Below, piece after piece: positions 41,468 to 50,497 of a stretch of DNA of 59,999 bases; within the stretch, counting starts at the first letter, position 1, and each line of letters starts with the position of its first letter. The translations under genes were made by a program, and so were the position numbers. Where the stretch lies: IMG/VR virus record IMGVR_UViG_3300027631_000020, positions 1 to 59,999 of that record. One strand, written 5' to 3'. This DNA comes from a virus (taxonomy: Duplodnaviria; Caudoviricetes). The notes under the pieces were generated by a model. It saw only the letters and a program-made list of their open reading frames with translations, was not told where the DNA came from and searched no databases.

Positions 41468-43903
41468 ATGAAAGTAAAAAAGAGAGATGGCTCCTTAGAG
41501 GAGATGAGATATGACAAAATAACAAGGAGAATACAACATTTTTGTGATGATTTGGATATTGAATTTATTGACCCAACATTAGTTACCTTAAAAGTAACAC
41601 AGGGTATCTATGACGGTATTTCAACTGTGGAGTTGGATACATTAGCGGCGGAAACTGCAGCATCGTTAGTAACCTCACATCCCGATTATGCAAAATTAGC
41701 TGGAAGACTTTCGGTTTCTAATTTGCATAAAACAACACCTAAGAAATTCTCTCAGTGTATTAAGGAATTACATAATTTCATTGAACCTAAAACAAACAAG
41801 GAATCCTCTTTGATTGATGATAGTGTTGCTAAATTTGTACAACAAAACAAAGAAGTTTTAGATGGTGCAATTACTCAAGAACGAGATTTTGATTTTGATT
41901 ATTTTGGGTTTAAAACATTAGAACGTTCTTATTTGTTGAAAATCAACAATCGTATTGTTGAAAGACCACAATATATGTACATGAGAGTTGCCGTTGGTAT
42001 TTGTAATGGTGATTTAGAAATGGCATTAAGAATATATGAAGACCTTTCATTGCATTTCTATACCCACGCAACACCTACATTATTTAATGCGGGAACACGT
42101 AGACCACAAATGTCGTCTTGTTTCTTAATTGGTAATAAAGGTGATGATATTGATGGGTTGTTTGATACAATAAAAGATGTTGCTAAGATTTCTAAATGGG
42201 CTGGGGGTATTGGTCTTCACGTTCACGATGTAAGAGCAAAAGGTTCATACATTAGAGGAACAGGTGGAGAATCAGATGGATTACTTCCTATGATGAAAAC
42301 ATACAATGAGGTTGCTCGTTGGATTAATCAAGGTGGTAAAAGAAAAGGTTCTTTTGCTGTTTATCTTGAACCATGGCATGCTGACGTTTTTGAATTTATC
42401 GATTTAAGAAAGAATCATGGTAAGGAAGAAATGAGGGCTCGTGATTTATTTTTGGCAATGTGGACTCCTGATTTATTTATGAAACGAGTTGAGGAAGATG
42501 GTGATTGGTCATTATTTTCACCCGATGAGGCACCTGGTTTATCAGACGTATACGATGACCCATTTGAATCTACTCAAAACTTCACTGAATTATACGAGAG
42601 ATACGAAAAAGAAGGAAGAGCAAGAAAAGTTGTTAAGGCAAGAAAGTTAATGGATGCCATTTTAACTTCTCAGATTGAAACTGGAACACCTTATATGTTA
42701 TATAAAGATTCGGCCAATTATAAATCAAATCAAAAGAATTTAGGTACAATTAAATCATCAAATCTTTGTACTGAGATTATCGAATATAGTTCACCAACAG
42801 AACAGGCGGTTTGTAATTTAGCATCAATCGCATTACCTAAGTACATCGTAGACGGTGAATTCAATCATAATTTATTATTTGAATACACATACCAAGTTGT
42901 AAAGAATTTAAATAATGTAATTGATTTAAATTTCTATCCAACCGATGAAACCAAACTTTCAAATATGAAACATAGACCAATTGGTTTAGGTATTCAAGGT
43001 TTGGCGGATGTATTTTGTATGTTAAATTTACCATTTGAAAGTGAAAATGCAGATATCTTACAAACTGAAATTTTTGAAACAATCTATTATGCTGCATTGA
43101 CCTCATCTAAAGATTTGGCAAAGGAAAATGGTGCATATGAAACATTTATCGATTCTCCACTATCAAAAGGTATTTTCCAATATGAGATGTGGGGTAAAAC
43201 AGATAGAGATACAAGTAAAAGATGGGATTGGAAATCTTTAAGAAAAGAAGTGGTAAAATATGGAGTAAGAAATTCTCTATTAGTTGCACCGATGCCAACC
43301 GCATCAACGGCTCAAATTTTAGGTAACAATGAGGCGTTTGAACCATTCACATCTAACCTATTCTCAAGAAGAACGTTGGGTGGTGAATTTGTTGTTGTAA
43401 ACAAACACCTTGTTAAGACATTACTTGAAAAAGGTATATGGTCTGATGATATAAAAAAGAAACTTATCATGGAAAACGGTTCAGTTCAGAATATTCCTGA
43501 AATCCCAACTGACGTTAAAGAAGTGTATAAAACGGTATGGGAAATGTCCCAAAAAAGAATACTTTTCATGGCTGCAAATCGTTCAATTTATATTGACCAA
43601 TCACAGTCTTTAAATTTATTCATTGCAAATGCGACTAAACAGAAAGTTTTGGCGGCTCACCTTTATGGATGGAAACTCGGTCTTAAAACCGGTATGTACT
43701 ATTTGAGAACCAAATCTGCGGTTGACCCACTTAAAGGGTTAGGTATAGACATGTCCACCACAAAACCAAATATTGAAACCCAAGAGGTTCCGAGTACAAA
43801 TAACTTAATCCAAGATAATTCAGAAGAAATTAAATTAACGGAGATGGTTATGAGTTCACGACCAACGGATTCACCATTTGAGTGTGAGGGGTGTGGGTCT
43901 TAA
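41468..43903 (+). CDS. nrdA: Ribonucleotide reductase class Ia alpha subunit with ATP cone
   Basis: VKKRDG ATP cone, TPTLFNAG, SSCF, SNLCTEI, CNLAS, APMPTASTAQI, LKTGMYY, C-terminal CEGC. Confidence 0.98.
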   Translation: MKVKKRDGSLEEMRYDKITRRIQHFCDDLDIEFIDPTLVTLKVTQGIYDGISTVELDTLAAETAASLVTSHPDYAKLAGRLSVSNLHKTTPKKFSQCIKELHNFIEPKTNKESSLIDDSVAKFVQQNKEVLDGAITQERDFDFDYFGFKTLERSYLLKINNRIVERPQYMYMRVAVGICNGDLEMALRIYEDLSLHFYTHATPTLFNAGTRRPQMSSCFLIGNKGDDIDGLFDTIKDVAKISKWAGGIGLHVHDVRAKGSYIRGTGGESDGLLPMMKTYNEVARWINQGGKRKGSFAVYLEPWHADVFEFIDLRKNHGKEEMRARDLFLAMWTPDLFMKRVEEDGDWSLFSPDEAPGLSDVYDDPFESTQNFTELYERYEKEGRARKVVKARKLMDAILTSQIETGTPYMLYKDSANYKSNQKNLGTIKSSNLCTEIIEYSSPTEQAVCNLASIALPKYIVDGEFNHNLLFEYTYQVVKNLNNVIDLNFYPTDETKLSNMKHRPIGLGIQGLADVFCMLNLPFESENADILQTEIFETIYYAALTSSKDLAKENGAYETFIDSPLSKGIFQYEMWGKTDRDTSKRWDWKSLRKEVVKYGVRNSLLVAPMPTASTAQILGNNEAFEPFTSNLFSRRTLGGEFVVVNKHLVKTLLEKGIWSDDIKKKLIMENGSVQNIPEIPTDVKEVYKTVWEMSQKRILFMAANRSIYIDQSQSLNLFIANATKQKVLAAHLYGWKLGLKTGMYYLRTKSAVDPLKGLGIDMSTTKPNIETQEVPSTNNLIQDNSEEIKLTEMVMSSRPTDSPFECEGCGS

Positions 43904-43912
43904 CAAAAAGTG

Positions 43913-43990
43913 GGTGGCTCCCTTAATGGTTCGCGGCCGACCGCAAGCATCTATTTAGTTTGGTTATACAGGGGGCGAAAACCGAACACC
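43913..43990 (+). ncRNA. Candidate structured (pseudoknotted) RNA of unknown class
   Basis: GC-rich island; GCTCCCT (43917-43923) pairs with AGGGGGC (43970-43976); GTTTGGTT (43958-43965) pairs with AACCGAAC (43980-43987); hairpin GCGG-CCGA-CCGC. Confidence 0.5.
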
Positions 43991-43998
43991 ATACATTT

Positions 43999-44028
43999 AA
44001 TCCCAATCCTAAAAGATTGGGATTTTTT
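43999..44028 (+). terminator. Intrinsic terminator after nrdA and the ncRNA candidate
   Basis: AATCCCAATC-CTAAAA-GATTGGGATT-TTTT. Confidence 0.85.
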
Positions 44029-44065
44029 ATTTATTAGTATTCTAATATTGTTTATATTTATTTAC

Positions 44066-44515
44066 ATGGCAACATATGGTATAGACTTCCCATTTAGACA
44101 AAGTATGAAAGGTAGTTTCCTCAATATGACGGAAATACCTGAAAGGGAAATTAGGGCGAACCTAATACATTTAATTTTAACCAGAAGAGGTACTAGATAT
44201 TATTTACCTGATTTTGGTACGAGATTATACGAATACATATTCGAACCAAACGATGCGGTTACATTTCAACTAATAGAAGATGAAATCAGAAGTACAGTTA
44301 AAAAATATATCCCTAATTTGGATATAAAGACAATTAGAATAACCCCCGCGGATATGGACTCCGAGCAACCTGCAAGTGTGAGCGAACAAGATGATGAAAG
44401 ATTATTTAGAGTATCTGACAATTCATCTAAACCCTACACCGCTAAAGTTAGACTTGACTACGACATTAATAATGAACCATTCAGTTCGTCAGACTTTATA
44501 ATTATTAACATTTAA
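44066..44515 (+). CDS. Baseplate wedge protein (gp25-like)
   Basis: GIDFPF...IRANL..LILT.RG.R...PDFGT.L..YIFEP; start moved to the ATG at 44066, just after TATTTAT. Confidence 0.9.
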   Translation: MATYGIDFPFRQSMKGSFLNMTEIPEREIRANLIHLILTRRGTRYYLPDFGTRLYEYIFEPNDAVTFQLIEDEIRSTVKKYIPNLDIKTIRITPADMDSEQPASVSEQDDERLFRVSDNSSKPYTAKVRLDYDINNEPFSSSDFIIINI

Positions 44516-44516
44516 T

Positions 44517-46349
44517 ATGGCTAAAAAGATATCATACGCAACAAGAGATTTTGCGGGATTAAGACAAGAGTTAGTTAATCTAACAAAAGAATATTACCCT
44601 GATTTAGTAAAAAATACTAATGATGCATCGATTTATTCGGTTCTTTTGGACTTGAATGCGGCCGTTGCTGATAACTTACACTTTCATATTGATAGAGTAT
44701 GGCAAGAAACCATGTTGGACTTTGCTCAACAAAGACAATCTCTTTACCACATTGCAAAAACATATGGTATTAGATTACCTGGTAACAGACCATCAGTTGC
44801 GTTGTGTGACTTTTCAATCAACATACCTGTAAGAGGTGATAAAGAGGATGAACGTTATTTGGGAACCATTAAAGGTGGTGCTCAGATTTCAGGTGGAGGA
44901 CAGGTATTTGAAACAATAGATAATATTGATTTCTCTAGTCCTTTCAATGCTAAAGGAGAACCCAACAGATTAAAAATACCTAATTTCGATGGTAACAATA
45001 GATTAATTTCATATACAATATTAAAAAGAGAAGCGGTAGTTAACGGTGTTACTAGAATTTTTAGAAAAGTTATTACTGAACTTGACCAAAAACCATTTTT
45101 AAAACTTTATCTACCTGAACAAAATGTTTTAGGTGTAACATCAATCATACACAAAGATGGAACATCATTCGCTGGCAACCCAACAAATTCTGAATTTTTA
45201 GAGGCAACCAATAAATGGTATGAAGTTAAATCGATGGTACAGGATAAGGTTTTTGTTGAGGACCCAACTAGCGCGTCTGATACAGATAATTTTAGAGCAG
45301 GAAACTATATTAGTGTTGCAAATAAATTTGTTACGGAGTATACCCCTGAAGGGTATTTCTCATTAACATTCGGTTCAGGTAACGTTGACCCAATGGATAA
45401 TTTGGATAACTACATTGATGGTAATCTTAAAGTTAGTCTTGGTACATATCTTAATAACATGTCATTAGGTGCATTACCAAAAGTTGGTACTACGATGTTC
45501 ATCAAATATAGAATTGGTGGTGGTAAGGATACTAACCTTGGAGTAAATGTGGTAACTAGTATTGACGATGTTGAATTTAATATAACGGGACCAAACACTG
45601 CAATTAACACTCAAGTAACCCAATCACTTATTGTAACCAACATAACACCAGCAATCGGTGGAGCGGATTTACCGGGAATTGAAGAAGTTAGAAATATGAT
45701 TGCATATAACTTCGCGGCTCAGAACAGAGCGGTAACATTAAATGACTACAAATCGTTAATAGAGACCATGCCTTCGACTTACGGAGCACCTGCTAAGGTA
45801 AACGTCATGGAAGAAGATAATAAGGTTAAAATCAAATTATTGTCATATGACGAAAATGGTAATCTTTCAGATACCGTTTCTACGACTTTAAAGGATAATA
45901 TTTTAAATTACCTATCTGAATACAGAATGATTAATGACTTTGTTGATATTGAGAGCGGACAAGTTATCGATATGGGTCTTGAAATTGATTTGGTTGTGGA
46001 CAAGAATGGTAACCAAACTGAAATCATAAAAACATCAATTGAAGATATTGTTGAATATTTTGCAATCGAAAAAAGAAAAATGGGTGACCCATTATTGGTT
46101 GGTGATTTAAATAGATTAATTGGACAAGTAAATGGGGTGGTAAACGTTGTTGATGTCCGTGTTTTTAATCAAACAGGTGGGGAATACTCAAGTGCAGAGG
46201 TTGCACAATCATACGTAGATATGTCAACTAAGGAGATTAAACAATCCGATATGACGATTTATATGAAGTCTAATCAAATTTTTCAAATTAGATTCCCAAA
46301 TAAAGATATTAAAATAAGGGTTAAAACTTTAGGTTCGACTACATTCTAA
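44517..46349 (+). CDS. Baseplate wedge protein (T4 gp6/baseplate J-like)
   Basis: Y..RDF..LR..L, D.L.F..D....E..LD.AQ, FG.G, Y..GGG...N, GGAD....EE.R, AQNRAVT..DY. Confidence 0.9.
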   Translation: MAKKISYATRDFAGLRQELVNLTKEYYPDLVKNTNDASIYSVLLDLNAAVADNLHFHIDRVWQETMLDFAQQRQSLYHIAKTYGIRLPGNRPSVALCDFSINIPVRGDKEDERYLGTIKGGAQISGGGQVFETIDNIDFSSPFNAKGEPNRLKIPNFDGNNRLISYTILKREAVVNGVTRIFRKVITELDQKPFLKLYLPEQNVLGVTSIIHKDGTSFAGNPTNSEFLEATNKWYEVKSMVQDKVFVEDPTSASDTDNFRAGNYISVANKFVTEYTPEGYFSLTFGSGNVDPMDNLDNYIDGNLKVSLGTYLNNMSLGALPKVGTTMFIKYRIGGGKDTNLGVNVVTSIDDVEFNITGPNTAINTQVTQSLIVTNITPAIGGADLPGIEEVRNMIAYNFAAQNRAVTLNDYKSLIETMPSTYGAPAKVNVMEEDNKVKIKLLSYDENGNLSDTVSTTLKDNILNYLSEYRMINDFVDIESGQVIDMGLEIDLVVDKNGNQTEIIKTSIEDIVEYFAIEKRKMGDPLLVGDLNRLIGQVNGVVNVVDVRVFNQTGGEYSSAEVAQSYVDMSTKEIKQSDMTIYMKSNQIFQIRFPNKDIKIRVKTLGSTTF

Positions 46350-46402
46350 TTTTATTTTTCCTTATTTTTCTGGAAAATAGATAATTTTCTATTTATAGTA
46401 GA

Positions 46403-49400
46403 ATGATACAGAAACATAGAATTTCCACGAATATAGGTAGAGACCAAAAGGTTACTGTCGAATTAAAACAAGACTATGACCTTTTAGAGATTTTATCTTT
46501 AAAATTTACGCAAGTTGACGCATATTCCTCAATGTGCTCAGACTACGGTGTTGTTGTGGGTAGAATCTCTGTAAACAACGGTTTGGGTATACCAAATGCG
46601 AGAGTATCTATTTTCATTCCACTTGATGATGTGGATAGTGAGGACCCCGTAATATCTAAATTATATCCATTTACAACCATTTCAGATAAAAATGATGATG
46701 GGTATAGATATAATCTTCTTCCATCAAGAAAACAACATGGGGGACATGAACCAACAGGTACGTTTCCAGACCAAAGAGATGTTTTAACAAGAGAAGAAGT
46801 TCTCGAAGTTTACGAAAAATATTACAAATACACAGCAAAAACAAACGATGCGGGTGACTTTATGATTTGGGGTGTTCCACTTGGAACACAAACCATTCAT
46901 GTTGATGTTGATTTATCCGATATCAGTTGTTTCTCATTGAGACCTGATGATTTTATCAGACAGGGAATGGGTGTTGATTCATTCAAAAATTCGTATTCAT
47001 ATAAAAGTTCTAACGATATTGATGCGTTACCTCAAATAATTTCCTTTAATCAAACAATTGAAGTTTACCCTTTTTGGGGAAATGAAGATTTGTGTGAGAT
47101 TGGAATTACAAGAACAGACTTTGATTTATCAGATAAAGGGGTTAAAATAGAACCTAAGGCATATTTGTTGGGGTCAGTTTACTCAGACCAAGGAACAAAT
47201 ACAGTAAATAAAAACTGTACTCCAAAAGGTAAAATGGGTAGAAAATGTGATTTAACTACATTCCCCGCAAAGGTTGAAATTATTAGATTTACAACCCGTA
47301 AAGACGACCTTAATAGACCAATACTTGAATTTTTAGAAATTGAGGAAGATGTCGACGATGATGGTTCATTTGTTTTACCGTTACCGATGAATTTAGATTA
47401 CATGTACACCAATGAGTTTGGTGAAATGGAAATCACCAATGACACAAATAAAGGTATACCAACAAGTTCATGTTATAGATTCAGAATATCGGTAAAAAAC
47501 GATTCTCTCGGTAGGGTTAGAACAACTGCTAGTTATTTAATACCGAACATTAGAGAATTTCAAAACGACATTGACGCATCATATGCGTGGTCAACAAATT
47601 GGACCGACTATCCGGCCGACGCACTAAACAGTACATATATTTTTAATTCCGTTTTAGGTAGTTACTATCCTGACGATTTCTTCTACCGTTTTACGTATAA
47701 TAAAGTTTATGCGGTTTCCTCATTCATGGGGTCATTATACTCTTCTGGCGGATTTAATAGACATACTTTTTTAGGTATCAAAGAAATTTCACCAAAAGAA
47801 GAAGAAGATTGTCAAAGTGAAGTTAATACCCCACCAACAAATTGGGGGTTACAAAAATTTAATTTTTCAATTCTTTTAGCAATTATCATTAACATTTTTG
47901 AAAGAATAATATACATAGCATTTGTTGGTTTAATGCAAGTATTGATATGGCCATTTCAAATATTCTATGATTTCAGAATCTATATTAGGGCATTTCGTGT
48001 TACATTAATTAACTGGAGGCCCTTCAAATTTCTCGATAAAGTTATTGAGGCAATTCAAAGATTTGGAACTGTAAGATTGGGATTGGCAATTTATCCTGAA
48101 TGTGAAAATTGTGACCAAGTAGATGCTGCTCCGGCAGTACCGGACACAACCGGAGATGTCGACCCAGCTTTAGTATATGAAATGGTTGGTTATGGAACTG
48201 CGTTAAGAGATTATACAACTATTATAATTGATTGTGATGAGTATGAATTGTATGGTGATGCACTTCTTGGGTCAACATTTACGTATGTTGATTGTACTGG
48301 GTCAACATCAACTAGTCTTTATGTTGACCCAGGATTGACAGAAACTCGATGCGTTAAATCGGGTACATTATCAACACTTGATGGGACTTATAGTTTGATA
48401 GTAGGGTGTGATGCAACCGTATCGACACCATGGTTAGACCCAAATTCAAGTAACAACGAATTAGTTTTAAGTGATGTTAACGGGTTCTCGATATACACAA
48501 CCGACCCAATAACGGGAAAGACACTTTCTCAAATTTACGATAACAATGCAACAGGTACCGTTTATATTATTAAATTAATCTCATATTTGGGTGGTACCCC
48601 ATCAACAGTATCTTACACGGGACTAAGTACAACATTAAACATCGACACATACACTGATGTTGGTAACACATATCATTTACATTCTGACAGTTCAAATAGT
48701 AACCAATGGATTGTTTGGAACGGCACATGGACTGGTGTGACATATGAAATATACGATTCAACTGCCCTACTTACCGGAACCGGCACTACTGTAAATCAAG
48801 ATGATGGTGGCTTACCATCAGGTTGTGGTTCTTACATGACAGTATATAATGAAAGCATTGTGTCCGAATCATATTGTTCTAACAATGCAGACATTGCATA
48901 CTCAGGATTATCAACTTCTAATTTAGTTAGTGGTCCCACATGTTCGAATTTTGTTGTTGGTCAAGTAATTAAACAAGTGAATAGTAATCCATGTTCATCA
49001 TGTGTGACCCATAGTGGTTATTCGGAATTTAGACGAGGGGTATTTACAATAATTCCCGCGGCGAAAGATACCAATTGGACTCATAATTTTAAGGCAATTG
49101 GTGAATATTGTAGAAGAAAACTCGTTGCCAAATTATTCTGTGAAGGGGTTGTTAACTATTCATTTACTGATAATTGGTTATCGGGTTCACTTTATTTATT
49201 CCCATTCAAAGCAAAAGTTAGATGGGATGATGAAGGTGCTCTCGACTTAAACAATAGAAGAACGAATTATTGTGGAAATTTAGTTCGTTTTAAAATAAAA
49301 GAAAAAACAACGGGAATTCCAGATAAAAGATTTTATTATAGGTCGGCAAAATTTAATGGTTCATCCTTTAGTAGATGGAGTAGTGATAGTACATTGGGTC

Positions 49401-50497
49401 ACCCAACAACAATTGTTGATTTAGGACCAAGAGATGAATTCATTAAAGAAATATGTATTGACCCCGCATTGGACCCTAACTGTTCTGTTGTTAGAAGTAT
49501 AGGTCCATCATCTTTTCAAGATTTTAAAGAGATGTTAGGTCTTTATTTAAACTATAAAATGGATACCCTTGGAACAGATGGCGGTTATACTGATATGTTT
49601 GACAACAATGGATTTGATTCAATCCTTCCATCCAAAATGGATGGTTATGTTTTAAATGGTGATATCTTGCAATTAATTTCTATAAATAATGAAGTAGGTA
49701 TTCAAGAATTTGATTTACAAAATAAAAATTACGTACCGTATTCATACCAAGTTGTTGACCCTGATGACTACCCAACATTATTTGAGTCTAGTCCGGGTGT
49801 TTGGGGACCATTACCGATAAATTTTGTTTTAGACGATGATGGTTATAGGGTTCGAGTTTGTTTAAATGAACCCGGCAGATTGACTGAATCCTCACAAAAC
49901 GTACCATTCTTTTTATGGGATAAACAGGGTACGGGGTTTGGTGTGGGAACAAACCAATCGTGGGATTATGGGTCAATTCAAAACCAACCATTACAAGGAA
50001 TGACATATAATTACAACTACACCGGAGACTCATCATGGAAATATGTATTATTCCCAATGGGTAAGGATTATGCTGGTTTGACAAAAACAATAAGCGGTGT
50101 GAGTTATAATGAAGTCACATTTAACATTGAAAGAACATCTGCGGTATACACTGCAACAGATTATTTAATTTTTAATAATCAAGAAGAAGGTTTCACTTAC
50201 TTATACGTCACTAGTTGGTCTTCAGGAACAAGTGAAGATGAAAGAGTGCAAAATGCGTTAACAGCTACGTTATATACTAGAACAGGTAACACAGGTGGAT
50301 GGGCATCACAAGCGTGGACATATGATACTGATTTTATTATAAAACCAACAACAAACAATTATGGTAATAGTGATAATCATAAACAAATTTTATCTACACC
50401 ATTTTTATTCTATTTTGGTTTGAGACCGGGTAAAACTGCGGTTGATAAGTTTATACAAAGATTCGGTCCAAAAGGAGCGTTTCCACAATCTGAATAA
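46403..50497 (+). CDS. Large Cys-rich virion protein (1364 aa) with a carboxypeptidase-regulatory-like N-terminal domain and a hydrophobic segment
   Basis: GVVVGRI....G.GIPNARVSI; TNDAGDFMIWGVPLG; hydrophobic FSILLAIIINIF..IIYIAFVGLMQVLIWPF; TATTTATA at 46390. Confidence 0.55.
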   Translation: MIQKHRISTNIGRDQKVTVELKQDYDLLEILSLKFTQVDAYSSMCSDYGVVVGRISVNNGLGIPNARVSIFIPLDDVDSEDPVISKLYPFTTISDKNDDGYRYNLLPSRKQHGGHEPTGTFPDQRDVLTREEVLEVYEKYYKYTAKTNDAGDFMIWGVPLGTQTIHVDVDLSDISCFSLRPDDFIRQGMGVDSFKNSYSYKSSNDIDALPQIISFNQTIEVYPFWGNEDLCEIGITRTDFDLSDKGVKIEPKAYLLGSVYSDQGTNTVNKNCTPKGKMGRKCDLTTFPAKVEIIRFTTRKDDLNRPILEFLEIEEDVDDDGSFVLPLPMNLDYMYTNEFGEMEITNDTNKGIPTSSCYRFRISVKNDSLGRVRTTASYLIPNIREFQNDIDASYAWSTNWTDYPADALNSTYIFNSVLGSYYPDDFFYRFTYNKVYAVSSFMGSLYSSGGFNRHTFLGIKEISPKEEEDCQSEVNTPPTNWGLQKFNFSILLAIIINIFERIIYIAFVGLMQVLIWPFQIFYDFRIYIRAFRVTLINWRPFKFLDKVIEAIQRFGTVRLGLAIYPECENCDQVDAAPAVPDTTGDVDPALVYEMVGYGTALRDYTTIIIDCDEYELYGDALLGSTFTYVDCTGSTSTSLYVDPGLTETRCVKSGTLSTLDGTYSLIVGCDATVSTPWLDPNSSNNELVLSDVNGFSIYTTDPITGKTLSQIYDNNATGTVYIIKLISYLGGTPSTVSYTGLSTTLNIDTYTDVGNTYHLHSDSSNSNQWIVWNGTWTGVTYEIYDSTALLTGTGTTVNQDDGGLPSGCGSYMTVYNESIVSESYCSNNADIAYSGLSTSNLVSGPTCSNFVVGQVIKQVNSNPCSSCVTHSGYSEFRRGVFTIIPAAKDTNWTHNFKAIGEYCRRKLVAKLFCEGVVNYSFTDNWLSGSLYLFPFKAKVRWDDEGALDLNNRRTNYCGNLVRFKIKEKTTGIPDKRFYYRSAKFNGSSFSRWSSDSTLGHPTTIVDLGPRDEFIKEICIDPALDPNCSVVRSIGPSSFQDFKEMLGLYLNYKMDTLGTDGGYTDMFDNNGFDSILPSKMDGYVLNGDILQLISINNEVGIQEFDLQNKNYVPYSYQVVDPDDYPTLFESSPGVWGPLPINFVLDDDGYRVRVCLNEPGRLTESSQNVPFFLWDKQGTGFGVGTNQSWDYGSIQNQPLQGMTYNYNYTGDSSWKYVLFPMGKDYAGLTKTISGVSYNEVTFNIERTSAVYTATDYLIFNNQEEGFTYLYVTSWSSGTSEDERVQNALTATLYTRTGNTGGWASQAWTYDTDFIIKPTTNNYGNSDNHKQILSTPFLFYFGLRPGKTAVDKFIQRFGPKGAFPQSE

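Noticed and set aside
7698-43903. Inteins or group I introns in polB, uvsX, dnaB, nrdA or nrdB
   Set aside because: The genes are uninterrupted and of ordinary length, with no intein splice or LAGLIDADG/HNH motifs seen.
43913-43990. Assignment of the RNA candidate to twister, hammerhead, HDV/theta ribozyme or tRNA
   Set aside because: Only partial motifs (UAA, CAAGC, GGCGAA) are present; the required helices, the CUGANGA core and a cloverleaf could not be built.
43910-44065. N-terminal extension of the gp25-like ORF from the GTG at 43910
   Set aside because: It spans a structured RNA candidate and a terminator; gp25 similarity and the late motif point to the ATG at 44066.
16789-46349. Bacterial eCIS/tailocin locus or eukaryotic giant virus
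   Set aside because: Neck proteins together with a full T4-like replisome indicate a tailed phage; the eukaryote-like RNR and SNF2 types also occur in bacteria and phages.
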